Virus record (IMG/VR): IMGVR_UViG_3300042907_001527
Location: 1-64,000 of that record
DNA: 64,000 nt
Reading direction: 5' to 3' (one strand)
From: a virus
The notes below the pieces were generated by a model, which worked only from the letters and a program-made list of their open reading frames with translations, had not been told where the DNA came from and made no database searches. This document shows, piece by piece, positions 39,301 through 49,038 of the stretch. Position numbers and translations under genes: made by a program. Within the stretch, counting starts at the first letter, position 1. Every line of letters starts with the position of its first letter.

Positions 39301-42300
39301 ATTGCGTTGTTTCCACCATTAGATGCTAAAAACGAGTCAACAATTCTTCGTTTATAATTCGCAGGATTACCATATTTTAAAATAACATCATACTCTAAGA
39401 ATGATTTAATTGTGTTTGAAAATGAAACTAATTGTGAATTACCAAGTGTATTAAAATATTCTGTATTGGTTAATTCGCTATTTGAATTAACTGACATTAA
39501 ACTTCTAAACAAATACTGAAAGTTTTTAAAAATTGCGTTGTTATCAACAGGTGAAGTATTAATAGGTACATTAGCTTGTGGTCCTAAATCAATGTCTGAA
39601 ATAGGTTTAGAAAAATTTAAAAATTCTTGTTCGAATTTATCTAAAATTCCTTTATCAAAAACCGAAAATATTTCTTCAATATTTGAATAGTTATTTTCCA
39701 GTAATAATTTAAACGATGATTGTTTTGTATTACCAGTTAAAATTTCGTTAATATATGAGTCAGGTTGTGGTTTAACAACTTGAAGATTATTAAAATAACC
39801 GTAGTTTGGTGCTGCCCATAGTAATCTAACAGAACCATTATAAATTGATGGGTCATTTGAGAATGGTAAAATTTGAACATTGTTTATTAAACACTCAGTA
39901 TTAACTTGATTTATTTGAGAACCAAATGAAGGCACAATAAAATATTTAGGACTACTTGTGTTTGTATTTGGTGAACAATTTCCTGATAACGCCTCAAAAT
40001 CCATTACATTATTAGGTAAAATAACCGACCAAGTTTGGATAGACGATGTATTAGTTGTCCCACCAAGAAGATTTGAAACTGAGGAACTTGGATTAATATT
40101 TGATTCAGGAAAATTATAAACTTTCATACCACCATTAATACTTGTTTGTATTTCAGAATCGGTATATCCACTATATAAATCATAACTATTATAAAAAACA
40201 TTAAAGTCGTTAATTACCTTTGGGTAAAACCCAACTTGCATTTTTGATTCACTGTTTACTAATGATATGTTTTTTACTCCATCAAATTCAAATTTATATG
40301 TTTTAGTGTCTGAACTGGTTATTGGGTCAAAATTAATTTTAGGGTCAAAATTGTCCCAAGCGGTATCAATAAAATCAATTCCAGTTATTTTATATGTTTT
40401 ATAACGATACCATAAAGAACCCATTTTTAAAATCCAAGCATATGGCATTTTATGAATAGCGCCAAATTTTTTAAAACAAGACGCGATATAATCTAAGTCA
40501 TTTGGTGAACCGTATGTTTTATATCGTTCTCTTAAAGACGCCAATGGCAATGAATTTATAAAAAGATATGCCGCTTGAATGTATGGGTATTTATCTTTTT
40601 GTCTCCAACTATAAACACCATTTTGAATTGCGTTTATAAAGTACGGTGTGTTTAATATTGTGGTAGTCGTTTCGGTGGTTAAATTTGTTGCAGGTCTAAA
40701 ATGATTAACATAACCTTCTGTTGGTATAAAAATGTCAGGATTTTTTCTTGTGTCAAGAAATGTTTTTAAATTTGTTGCGTTAATCTCATTTATTGGATTA
40801 CTAACATTTAAATATGAAAAATTTGTAACAGGTCTGTTAGTAGTATAATCATACACACTACTAAAATTTGAAATTACATTTCTGTCTTGGAAGACTTTTA
40901 AACTTTCATTTGTTTTATAAACCTCAAAACCTTCTGATTTATCACTAAGACTCATATTATTTTTTACCCATGTTGAATTTGTAAACGGATAAGTGTCAAT
41001 AATCATTGGCGTGTTACTGGCATTTTTAACTAATTGTTCTAATAATTCTAATTTAATACTATTTTTTGGTGACTTACCTAATTCATTTATATTAATAATA
41101 TTGAAAGAATTTTCGGTAATATTTTTAATATATGGGGTAACATATATATCCCTAATAAATTCTTGATATGACCTACCAGTTCCTTGATTTGATATGGTGT
41201 TCAAGAAACTTTCATATTTTTCTGCAGTTAAGTCATAATTTTTTAATTTTAAACTTAAAAATGGAGAACTAACACCTAAACTAGTTATAATATTATTTGT
41301 TTCAGAATTTGAAACTAAATCAATTAGTTGGTTTAGTTGATTTCCATTTGCCCTAATAAATCCAGAATAATTTGAGGTTAAGAACTGTCTTTCCCATATT
41401 TCATAAAAAAATTTAATTTCTTCTTTATTAACATACGCGATACCATTTGATGGATATTCAATAGCATTAATATTGATAATATTTGTTGTTGACTGACTAT
41501 CAATATCGGATTGAGGACTTGGAGGATTAAATTTTTGAGTTAATCCTTTCATATATTCTTCAACAAATTGAACTTCGGGCCATTTTGAATAATTCCATCC
41601 TTGCGTTATATCAACAACAGAAGGGTCTGCAAGATATTTTAATTGGAATCTTCCTTTTTTATCTTCAGGAGTTTCAACAAAAAATTGCGGCCAAGGATAT
41701 ACGGGTATTTGACTTGTTGATAATCCTTGATTTTCGTTTTTGGCTTCATTAGTCATTTTAAGATTATCTTGCGTATCACTACCTTGAACTGAAGAAGGGT
41801 TTTCTAAAATTGCAAGTTGTCTTACTGGGTCATATTTAACGTTCCACGCATTTGTATGTACTTCATCAAGTAATCTAATAAACGCCTCGGCGGACGCCAT
41901 AACAACCGCACAAATATTCCTAACGGTAGGACTGAACCCAATACCTAATTTTGTGTCCTCAATTTTTTTTGAAAAATCGGCAGTTAATTTTGTTTCATAT
42001 TCAGTAAGTTTTTGACTAACATCTACCTCAATCTGAGAAATTAAATTTTCAAATCTTGGTGGAGATGAAGTTGAAAGATTTTGTTCTTTAAAAATAAATA
42101 ATGGTCTTATTATAGTATTAATTGGTATGAGTTCGGGTGAATTTTTTGGTACTTCGTTTTCTTGTCCTAATATCTTTTCCAAATACTCTTTAATAGTTTT
42201 GGTATCAGCGGTTGTTGGTAATAACTTACCTGTTTGTTCTATCGTTGTTTTTTCTAAATTAATATCAACAAGGGTAAGATTAATTAACATTGAGTCATAA

Positions 42301-43580
42301 TTAATCGCGTTTTTAATCGGCGATTTACCTGTTTTACCTAATGTTTGATTAGATTCCAATAATTTATTATATTCAATTGTATAACCACTTAAAAGTATTT
42401 TGGCTTTTTGTTCTTTTACCGGGTCTTCTAATATTTCTTCCTTTAAAGCGTAAACCAAAGTTTTATTATTTAAAACTATTGGTTTTGGATTTATATAAGT
42501 ATTATACCAAGAAGTGGTCGCCCCATAAATTTCATTATAATAATTTTTTAAAGTTTCTTTATATGCTCTAATATCGGTTAATGGTTGAACATCTACTTTA
42601 TTGTAAGTATTAATAATGTTTTTTTCAAAATTTGTTAAACTAGTCATCAATTCCGCAAATGTTAATTCCGGAAAATCAGGAGCAATTAATCCTTTTGCTT
42701 TATATTCACTATAAACTTCTCTAATTTTTTGATATCCTTTTTCACTAACAATTTGAGTCACGACATTATCTGTATTATTAGGAGATGAGTTGGAAATATC
42801 AAATCTAGTACTGTACATGTGTGGGGTCGCCAATAAACTACCCATAGATATTTCGTTTAAAATATTAAACTTATATCCAACAAATTCTAAATTTATTTGA
42901 TAATTCCCGCTAAAAGAATTAAATCTGGCATTAAATGTTTTTAAATTTAATTGGTATCTAATTGCCTTACCATAAAACCCTTTAAGGGTTAAATAAAAAG
43001 GGCAATAAGGTAAATTAAAAAACGCGGCATAAGGTGAATTATCTCCTAACTGAAACAGAGCTCTTCCTTGTATATCTTCTAATTCAATTGATACTGTTGG
43101 AACAAAAGAAGTATTTGTTGTTACCCTAATACTTGTAATACCTAATAGTCCGTTATCTGTTGACGTATTACCAGGGTTATTGATAACAGCGGTTTGGTAT
43201 GGTTTAGTTCCGTCATTTGGGGTTATAGTTTTTTCTCTTATTTGATTTTCTCCTGACCCAGTACTTGAATTTTTACCAGTTAACTCATCATAATAACTAG
43301 AAGTAAGTGATGTTCCTTTTGTTGGTTTTAAAAAATTAATCTTTGCAACAGAAATAGTTCTAATCCTATCTTCGGGACTTCCCCCAATTGATAGTTTGGT
43401 TCTTGGCACAACTTCGGCTTCAAGGTTGGCAAACATAACCAATTTTTCATGGTCAACTAATCTTTCCTTAATATTACCAAACGCATCAATAGTTTTATTT
43501 GGGTCGACAACAATAATATTATTATATTCAAATTCTGTGTATATATTTCCGCTATTGTCCCCTGGTGTATTACCTGCCAT
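36351..43580 (-). CDS. Giant baseplate hub protein (gp27/gpD-like) with C-terminal IPT/TIG domain
   Basis: GITSIRV...VSIELED N-terminal part; CLGNALLQP..YFNL...FNGPYLITDVTHTI...FQTSFTG hub C-terminal motif; PTITSFSPLTG..GTILNITG IPT motif. Confidence 0.7.
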   Translation of the reverse strand: MAGNTPGDNSGNIYTEFEYNNIIVVDPNKTIDAFGNIKERLVDHEKLVMFANLEAEVVPRTKLSIGGSPEDRIRTISVAKINFLKPTKGTSLTSSYYDELTGKNSSTGSGENQIREKTITPNDGTKPYQTAVINNPGNTSTDNGLLGITSIRVTTNTSFVPTVSIELEDIQGRALFQLGDNSPYAAFFNLPYCPFYLTLKGFYGKAIRYQLNLKTFNARFNSFSGNYQINLEFVGYKFNILNEISMGSLLATPHMYSTRFDISNSSPNNTDNVVTQIVSEKGYQKIREVYSEYKAKGLIAPDFPELTFAELMTSLTNFEKNIINTYNKVDVQPLTDIRAYKETLKNYYNEIYGATTSWYNTYINPKPIVLNNKTLVYALKEEILEDPVKEQKAKILLSGYTIEYNKLLESNQTLGKTGKSPIKNAINYDSMLINLTLVDINLEKTTIEQTGKLLPTTADTKTIKEYLEKILGQENEVPKNSPELIPINTIIRPLFIFKEQNLSTSSPPRFENLISQIEVDVSQKLTEYETKLTADFSKKIEDTKLGIGFSPTVRNICAVVMASAEAFIRLLDEVHTNAWNVKYDPVRQLAILENPSSVQGSDTQDNLKMTNEAKNENQGLSTSQIPVYPWPQFFVETPEDKKGRFQLKYLADPSVVDITQGWNYSKWPEVQFVEEYMKGLTQKFNPPSPQSDIDSQSTTNIININAIEYPSNGIAYVNKEEIKFFYEIWERQFLTSNYSGFIRANGNQLNQLIDLVSNSETNNIITSLGVSSPFLSLKLKNYDLTAEKYESFLNTISNQGTGRSYQEFIRDIYVTPYIKNITENSFNIININELGKSPKNSIKLELLEQLVKNASNTPMIIDTYPFTNSTWVKNNMSLSDKSEGFEVYKTNESLKVFQDRNVISNFSSVYDYTTNRPVTNFSYLNVSNPINEINATNLKTFLDTRKNPDIFIPTEGYVNHFRPATNLTTETTTTILNTPYFINAIQNGVYSWRQKDKYPYIQAAYLFINSLPLASLRERYKTYGSPNDLDYIASCFKKFGAIHKMPYAWILKMGSLWYRYKTYKITGIDFIDTAWDNFDPKINFDPITSSDTKTYKFEFDGVKNISLVNSESKMQVGFYPKVINDFNVFYNSYDLYSGYTDSEIQTSINGGMKVYNFPESNINPSSSVSNLLGGTTNTSSIQTWSVILPNNVMDFEALSGNCSPNTNTSSPKYFIVPSFGSQINQVNTECLINNVQILPFSNDPSIYNGSVRLLWAAPNYGYFNNLQVVKPQPDSYINEILTGNTKQSSFKLLLENNYSNIEEIFSVFDKGILDKFEQEFLNFSKPISDIDLGPQANVPINTSPVDNNAIFKNFQYLFRSLMSVNSNSELTNTEYFNTLGNSQLVSFSNTIKSFLEYDVILKYGNPANYKRRIVDSFLASNGGNNAIVDPIPFNLYVNNTLPSANGTITLAQSQATYPEAWLALETEVGFSTITNLKYTNQGSYITDFFIDNKIEFSVDNITLCSQLIKQYATQKLYTPTITSSEFKGRLQDYLQGTNAIQNIFLNQILTKVRAELPNQQQLPEKKIESVIDGQQSKVENYEVFKALNDKWIAGGDFTNKTLFEDFLFLDRASRNVGDIILVDIFDLKNTLKESSINMEMSVFTFLSGILIKNKFNVMPLPAYVNFYNVQDADGTTISQSAEGSLEFADNMWGTFLDVDYRKSGPKLICFYAGLPSAYLDLPKGNSRFRDDAFDLKRANNPLIENQVGKKDWALSNKCVGFNVDIGTRNQNIFYSFNVSMDSGKATSETIQTQLNMVNQANGKTVATQNNGLYNLYKQRSYQCQVVCLGNALLQPTMYFNLRHVPMFNGPYLITDVTHTIGSGEFQTSFTGVRQGVFDLPSIDNFLQSINQNLLTQIESIILTNKDNVPDKPLTNINKTALLSQNGDNVAAAANSCTNNLSDNYVTWGDFVESITTGLSPLQFANAITAKVTNTELQTTIYLLCYILTFNKDKFYGYNNNFANVPLSTNWGASSIYFVQKQSSCVKIPNSLGGLVSQPIANFTNLDKFLDFMVARLTPNIKRIYYGENGNAPLGLLKYYVCYWKPPTAENQNIPESYFDENQDEFTKLYDTFEDAYQSAKLVQLDFESVKKAYDAVKRQTQQIVNPNTTNTTNNLNTTTLPLPTCFPPTITSFSPLTGVTGTILNITGTDLGTVTAATINNVTTTTGITINSGVNIVVLIPFSNTLIPQDNTITLSGVHGIGTSTTIFTYNPLQTSAAPPTVAPNLPPNVNTNSQQTGPIPMIGQTQNGVTFIGNASVNVDINPVLIGTYTFLPTNNYPNMRFKVTQENVVNDSTITSTVYESNIIGLGDTYLTSNNFNMNQANILSVITTNWQTPPSNCNIICEFTLFARSLVSGQLSTRTFKLNIQL

Positions 43581-43893
43581 AATAATAAAAATAATTGTCT
43601 AAAGCTGATTTATAATCTTGTAATGAAGGTAGTAGAGGATAAGGAATAATCAATACCGCACCATCATATATATTGTTTTCTAATCCACCAAATTGTGGAT
43701 TTGCTTGTAATATTAACCAACCAAAATATGGTGAGTTATAATATTCTTGAGAAATAACATCTAATCTACTTCTAGCCACCTTATATATGTAAGCGTTATC
43801 CGTAGGTTTTTGTGGTATTTTTACAAAAGGCACAGTAGTTTGTTCTCCATTTATAAGAAAATCACTATATCTATTCCAATATTGATAAGCCAT
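43570..43893 (-). CDS. Baseplate wedge gp53 / LysM-like (tail X) protein
   Basis: RLDVISQEYYNSPYFGWLILQANP...GAVLIIP. Confidence 0.85.
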   Translation of the reverse strand: MAYQYWNRYSDFLINGEQTTVPFVKIPQKPTDNAYIYKVARSRLDVISQEYYNSPYFGWLILQANPQFGGLENNIYDGAVLIIPYPLLPSLQDYKSALDNYFYYYGR

Positions 43894-46800
43894 TAATTAA
43901 AGTTTACTTTTGATATGAATAACGACGCACCATCAACGTCGTTCCATGTTTTATTATTTGTATTTTGGTTTTGTGTTGCCCCTAATGATTTTATTAGTTT
44001 AACTTGCCCATCACTTCCGGCACCTTCCGTTGTATAAGTAAAAATTCTTTTTTTACTTGGGAACGGTGTATATTTTAAAAAGGGTTCTAATTTTTCTTTT
44101 TCCATGTATGAAATAAACGCTTCAGTTATTTTATTTTCTTCAATAAATAACGGTTTTGCTATTTTATCCCAATAAGCATCAAAAACTTCACTTAAATTAT
44201 CCGCACCGTTTCCAATAATTCCAGTGTTACCAAGTATATTACCAATCATTGCAGTTTTAAAAGTTTCATATTTTTTTGCGTCAACAACATCATCAGAAAT
44301 AATCATGTAAACCATTTTAAATGTTGTATTTTGAAATGTTGAAGTAGGACTTAAATTAATGTATGATTGATTTGTACTAAAAGGTACAAAAACTTTTTCG
44401 TTTCCAGGAAATTTATAAGGAGTATCTACCGGAAAAACTAAAGTACCTTTATAATTTATACCTGAAAATTGAAAATTAGTTTCATTGGAAACTATACCAT
44501 TAAATTCTTTAATATTGTCACTAATTTTTGTGACATCAATTAAAAACTCCGATAATGTATCAGTTGAACCTTGTGAACTTGAATTAACCTCAGTTGTTGG
44601 AAACAATATAAACGACCTAACATTACCATTTTTTTGTTGTGAGCCGTCAGTTCCTGAAGGGTCAGTAATAGTAGACTTATAAAGGACTGTATTTGCTCTG
44701 GCCAAATATCCAATATAATTTTGTTGAACTCCAACAGTAGTCTGAATAATAGTCGTTAACGCGTTTTGATATGACCCCTTTTTAGTATTAACAACATTAA
44801 CATAATTTTCTTTAACTTGTTTAACTAATCTTGATGAGAAATTTTTAGAAGGGTTGCTTATAAATTGGATGAATGGGTCGTTGTCTGATGTAATTTCCTT
44901 AATCAAATCTGAGAATATTTCATCAATTCTTTTACCAAAATTATATGGTTTACCAAATAAATCAACTTTTTTCTCCGTATATATGCCGTCCCCAACTCCA
45001 ACAGTCATATCACCTTTAGTATAATTTCTTTCTAACATCCATTGTTGTCGTAGTGCATTATTATATTGAGTTGTCACTTCTTTATTTTTACTAACAACAG
45101 TATTAAAATAGTTTTGAGTTTCACCCACAAGCTTATCCATAAATGTTTCATAACTAATGCTACCCGTTTGTCCCGATTCACTAATATTATTTGTTATAAT
45201 AGTACCAATAGTTGATTCATTACTTAATGCGTCATTAGGTTTAGCGTCATTAATTGTTGGTGGTGGAACGTTACTTAAAGCTGACGATTGTATAAAGTCT
45301 TTGTCAATGACTTTATAACTTAAATCTGTTGAATCCGCTCTATCATCATAAATTTCAGTGTTCGCATAATAATTAAACGTTAAAGCATTTTGTAGTTTAT
45401 CTACGGATTCTTTTAATCCGCTACCACCAACAAAATTAAATGCCATTGTTACTTTTGCAATCATAGGCTGAATACCAATACCTTCAGGATTAATGTCTAA
45501 ATTTTCATATGCAAGACTTAAACTTGTTGGTATAATCTTAGTATTATAAAAATCACCAACCCTTAATACTAGTACTGGTGGCGCCCCAAAAGCAGTATTG
45601 GTTGCATTATTATATTCTAAGATTGGTTTACCCCCTGAGTCATCACCTTTAACTACGGGTATTGTATCACCAGGTCTCATACATTGTTGTAAAAAAGTTA
45701 ACCTTGTATTAAGACCTTCAGGTGTTGTTGAATGAAATGCCGGTTGAAAAAATTTTAATTTATCTTTAAGATTGTCATAAACCATAGGAGTTTCTTCTTT
45801 CATAACTTCAAAATAATCACATTCAGATAGTAATGCTCTTAACACTCTTTTACTAATATTATCTTTTTGAACTGGAACATTTTCCACACTATTAACCTTT
45901 TCTGTTGTTGTTACAACATTACCGGTAACAACTGTTTTTGTTTCTTTTGGATTCTCAACAATTATTGGAGGAGCAGGTGGTGGAGCGGTTAGAGTTGAAC
46001 TTATATCAGCAATAAATGCTCTCCTACAAGCCATGGCATTTGATGTATAAACCGCGGTTGATGACATTGTGTCTCCACCCGCCGCATTTAGATTTGTATC
46101 GGTACAATTTACAGAATTTCCAGGTGAAAATGGTAAAGTGTATGGTGCAACGTTGGTACTTGAAACCATTGGGGTTGAGCTTGTCACTTCTCCACTTGCG
46201 GTTCCAGCGACCACCATTAATCTTTTTTGTGCAACATAATCTTTTGTTGCAGAATTTTGTTCAAAAAATTTAATAACCGAATTAATTCTTCTAACCGATA
46301 ACTCAGCATTATAACCAACAGTTGCAGGAGCGGAACAACTTGAATTAATTCTAATTGTTACTGTACCAGCCTCACTATTTTTAATTTGTTCTGCAACATC
46401 AATTGCCATTTGTTTAGCAATTTCATAGTTTGGTGTTACCATTGTGTCATAGGTTTGAACCAATTGAGTTCCATTTGTTTTTCCAGCATATGTTGTTTTT
46501 TGCCCAATATATACATCATACATTTCTGGATAACTTGGACTAGTTGAAGGTTTTGGATAATCATTTGCAAAATAAAACCCGATTTGATTATATTTGCTCA
46601 TAAAATATTCGGTATTACCAATAATTGGAGTACTAGCACTAGCCCCACCACCATTACTACTAGCAATTGGACTATTAACAGTAATTGTACTAACAACATA
46701 TTCCATCTGTTCTTTTGTGATTTCTTTAGATGTAATTGCTTGTTGCATTTGTTCTAAATCATTTGGATTTATTGTTGCATATTTTTTAGCCAATTCATAT

Positions 46801-48974
46801 AAATCGTATTTTCTACATCCAGCAAAGAATGAATCCAAAATACTATCAATTCTTGTTTTGTTGGTTTCGTTGGCCATAACTTTATTAACAATAATGTTTA
46901 ACACAGATGGGTGGTCAACAACAATATCCCAAGTTAAACTACCGGTTCTACTTGTATTTTTGTAAGTATAAATTGGTTCAGGTCTTCCAATAAAATCATT
47001 TGATTGCCAACTTGCTTGGACTGACTCACTAAATACTAAATTATACGGTGGAAACCACATAACTCTACCTCCATTAGGTCCTCGTTCACATACCGCTAAA
47101 TCAGAAACCGCAAGACCTGGACTGTTTGATGTTGCCCACGCCAAGTTCTCTAATGAAAACATATATTTTTTAGCATAAGCATTATTTAATGAACCAATAA
47201 TATTTGTTGAGTCTTTACCACCTTCTTGTTTGTTAGGTGCAATGTTAAGATTATATGTCTTATCTAACACAGAATAAGAAAATCGTCTTCCTTCAGTTGT
47301 AATACCGTCTGTTTTTTGAAGGTCATTATACTGAAGGTATGGAGTATCTTTTGTAAATACTCTACAATATTCAGTTCCAACTTCTTGTCCAATTGCTCCA
47401 ACATATGATAAAACTCTTGAACCTTTAGTCATTTCTTTATATCCATCATTGAATACTTTACTAACTTGGTCAATCGCATTACCAGCATGTTGTAATCTTT
47501 TACCACCTTGTGGTTGGCTATCAATAATTCTTTGTGTCTTATCAAGTATAGAACCTTCTTTAAAAGTTCTTTCAGTTGATTCAGTTGAATTATAAGATGA
47601 TGGTTTAAAATCAGAATCTTGATTTGTTACTTTTCCACCAACACCAACATGTTTACCCGCATTACCTTTATATTTTGGTGACACCCAAGTAAATCCACCT
47701 TCAATACCTCCTCCATTACTATATGTTGGTCCGTTAGCCCCTAAACGAATTTCATTACTTGGACCTTCATACAATTGAGCCAACTCAGATGGGCCATAAA
47801 CAGGGTCTTGTTGTTCATTACCAAATGCGTCATTTGGTAATGACCCTGATGGTGAGAATACTCTTGATGGGTCTGAAGATGTACTTCCAACATAAAAATT
47901 TGAAGTATTTGTACTAGTTCCAACGAGTGCACCAGCTAAAGTGTCTAATAAACTCTTATCATAATTTGGTTTAAACTTATTAAAATTAAGGTTTTTCCAT
48001 AAAATAGATTTTTGACCTGCACCTGTATTGTTATAAAATATTTGAGTTCCTGTTTTAGTTGGCCCCAATAAGTTACTAATAAAATTACCTACAGCCGCAA
48101 TTGGATTTGCTAATAAAGATTGTGCTATTGTTGTTGGTTGCGGTGGATTTATACTAGTGTCAAAATAAGAGCCCGGTATTATTGAAAATGGTGCGGTAAC
48201 TCCACCAAGACTAACGGCAAAATTTGCAGCAACGGCTAATGGATTTGACGATACTGTAATGGTATAGTTTGGTTCTATTAAGGGTATTTGACCACTTAAG
48301 ATATTAACAAGGTTACTACCACTATTAATATTTAATATATTTGCACGTCCAAGAGTTTGTCTTAATAGTTCTCGACCAATACGGTCTTCAAATTCTTTTT
48401 TTAAAGTTTTTGCTCCTAATCTAGCAATAAATGAGTCATCACTCAATAAACCATTACTACCTATTGGGTCATTATCTAATAAAATTGAGAGTGGTCGATA
48501 GGACGAAGGAACAAATTTAAAATAAGGTTGTCCATTTGATTGTTTTTGGTCAGGTAAAAAAGTGTTTAAAGTTGTTATTGCCTCTCCAGCGTCAAAATTA
48601 TTATTACTTGAGTACCCATTTAACGGTCTCCATATTTGAGTTGCCGCAAATCCAGAATCAACAATATGAGCATCTTGTTGTCCTGGCCCATATTCTCCTT
48701 GATTTGAAAGAGTATTTAAATTTCCACTAACATCGGGAGCTTGGTGATATCCTCCTTCAGCTCCCCACTTGTTAAGTGGGTAACTTGAATTAGCAAAGTA
48801 TGGGGTATCAATTAAATAATCAGGACTATCAACAACAGAATAATTTGATTGAATAACCTCAAAATTAATAGGTGGGGTGGCAGGACTAGGTGATTTAGCG
48901 TATGGAGCTAAATTTCTAGGAATTAATTTTTGTCTAAATCCTTCACTATTTACAAAATCTAACGGGCTACCCAT
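43893..48974 (-). CDS. Large tail tube initiator (gp48/54-like) with inserted OmpA-like domain
   Basis: FSESVQASW...GRPEPIYTY..TSR and APPVLVLRVGD...PTSLSL...PMIAKVTMAF halves; YNAELSVRRINSV...CRR between them. Confidence 0.65.
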   Translation of the reverse strand: MGSPLDFVNSEGFRQKLIPRNLAPYAKSPSPATPPINFEVIQSNYSVVDSPDYLIDTPYFANSSYPLNKWGAEGGYHQAPDVSGNLNTLSNQGEYGPGQQDAHIVDSGFAATQIWRPLNGYSSNNNFDAGEAITTLNTFLPDQKQSNGQPYFKFVPSSYRPLSILLDNDPIGSNGLLSDDSFIARLGAKTLKKEFEDRIGRELLRQTLGRANILNINSGSNLVNILSGQIPLIEPNYTITVSSNPLAVAANFAVSLGGVTAPFSIIPGSYFDTSINPPQPTTIAQSLLANPIAAVGNFISNLLGPTKTGTQIFYNNTGAGQKSILWKNLNFNKFKPNYDKSLLDTLAGALVGTSTNTSNFYVGSTSSDPSRVFSPSGSLPNDAFGNEQQDPVYGPSELAQLYEGPSNEIRLGANGPTYSNGGGIEGGFTWVSPKYKGNAGKHVGVGGKVTNQDSDFKPSSYNSTESTERTFKEGSILDKTQRIIDSQPQGGKRLQHAGNAIDQVSKVFNDGYKEMTKGSRVLSYVGAIGQEVGTEYCRVFTKDTPYLQYNDLQKTDGITTEGRRFSYSVLDKTYNLNIAPNKQEGGKDSTNIIGSLNNAYAKKYMFSLENLAWATSNSPGLAVSDLAVCERGPNGGRVMWFPPYNLVFSESVQASWQSNDFIGRPEPIYTYKNTSRTGSLTWDIVVDHPSVLNIIVNKVMANETNKTRIDSILDSFFAGCRKYDLYELAKKYATINPNDLEQMQQAITSKEITKEQMEYVVSTITVNSPIASSNGGGASASTPIIGNTEYFMSKYNQIGFYFANDYPKPSTSPSYPEMYDVYIGQKTTYAGKTNGTQLVQTYDTMVTPNYEIAKQMAIDVAEQIKNSEAGTVTIRINSSCSAPATVGYNAELSVRRINSVIKFFEQNSATKDYVAQKRLMVVAGTASGEVTSSTPMVSSTNVAPYTLPFSPGNSVNCTDTNLNAAGGDTMSSTAVYTSNAMACRRAFIADISSTLTAPPPAPPIIVENPKETKTVVTGNVVTTTEKVNSVENVPVQKDNISKRVLRALLSECDYFEVMKEETPMVYDNLKDKLKFFQPAFHSTTPEGLNTRLTFLQQCMRPGDTIPVVKGDDSGGKPILEYNNATNTAFGAPPVLVLRVGDFYNTKIIPTSLSLAYENLDINPEGIGIQPMIAKVTMAFNFVGGSGLKESVDKLQNALTFNYYANTEIYDDRADSTDLSYKVIDKDFIQSSALSNVPPPTINDAKPNDALSNESTIGTIITNNISESGQTGSISYETFMDKLVGETQNYFNTVVSKNKEVTTQYNNALRQQWMLERNYTKGDMTVGVGDGIYTEKKVDLFGKPYNFGKRIDEIFSDLIKEITSDNDPFIQFISNPSKNFSSRLVKQVKENYVNVVNTKKGSYQNALTTIIQTTVGVQQNYIGYLARANTVLYKSTITDPSGTDGSQQKNGNVRSFILFPTTEVNSSSQGSTDTLSEFLIDVTKISDNIKEFNGIVSNETNFQFSGINYKGTLVFPVDTPYKFPGNEKVFVPFSTNQSYINLSPTSTFQNTTFKMVYMIISDDVVDAKKYETFKTAMIGNILGNTGIIGNGADNLSEVFDAYWDKIAKPLFIEENKITEAFISYMEKEKLEPFLKYTPFPSKKRIFTYTTEGAGSDGQVKLIKSLGATQNQNTNNKTWNDVDGASLFISKVNFN

Positions 48975-49038
48975 CAATATCTTTATTATATAAATAGGTT
49001 AGTTTGTATTTTTTAATTGTTAATTAAATGTTTTCTCG

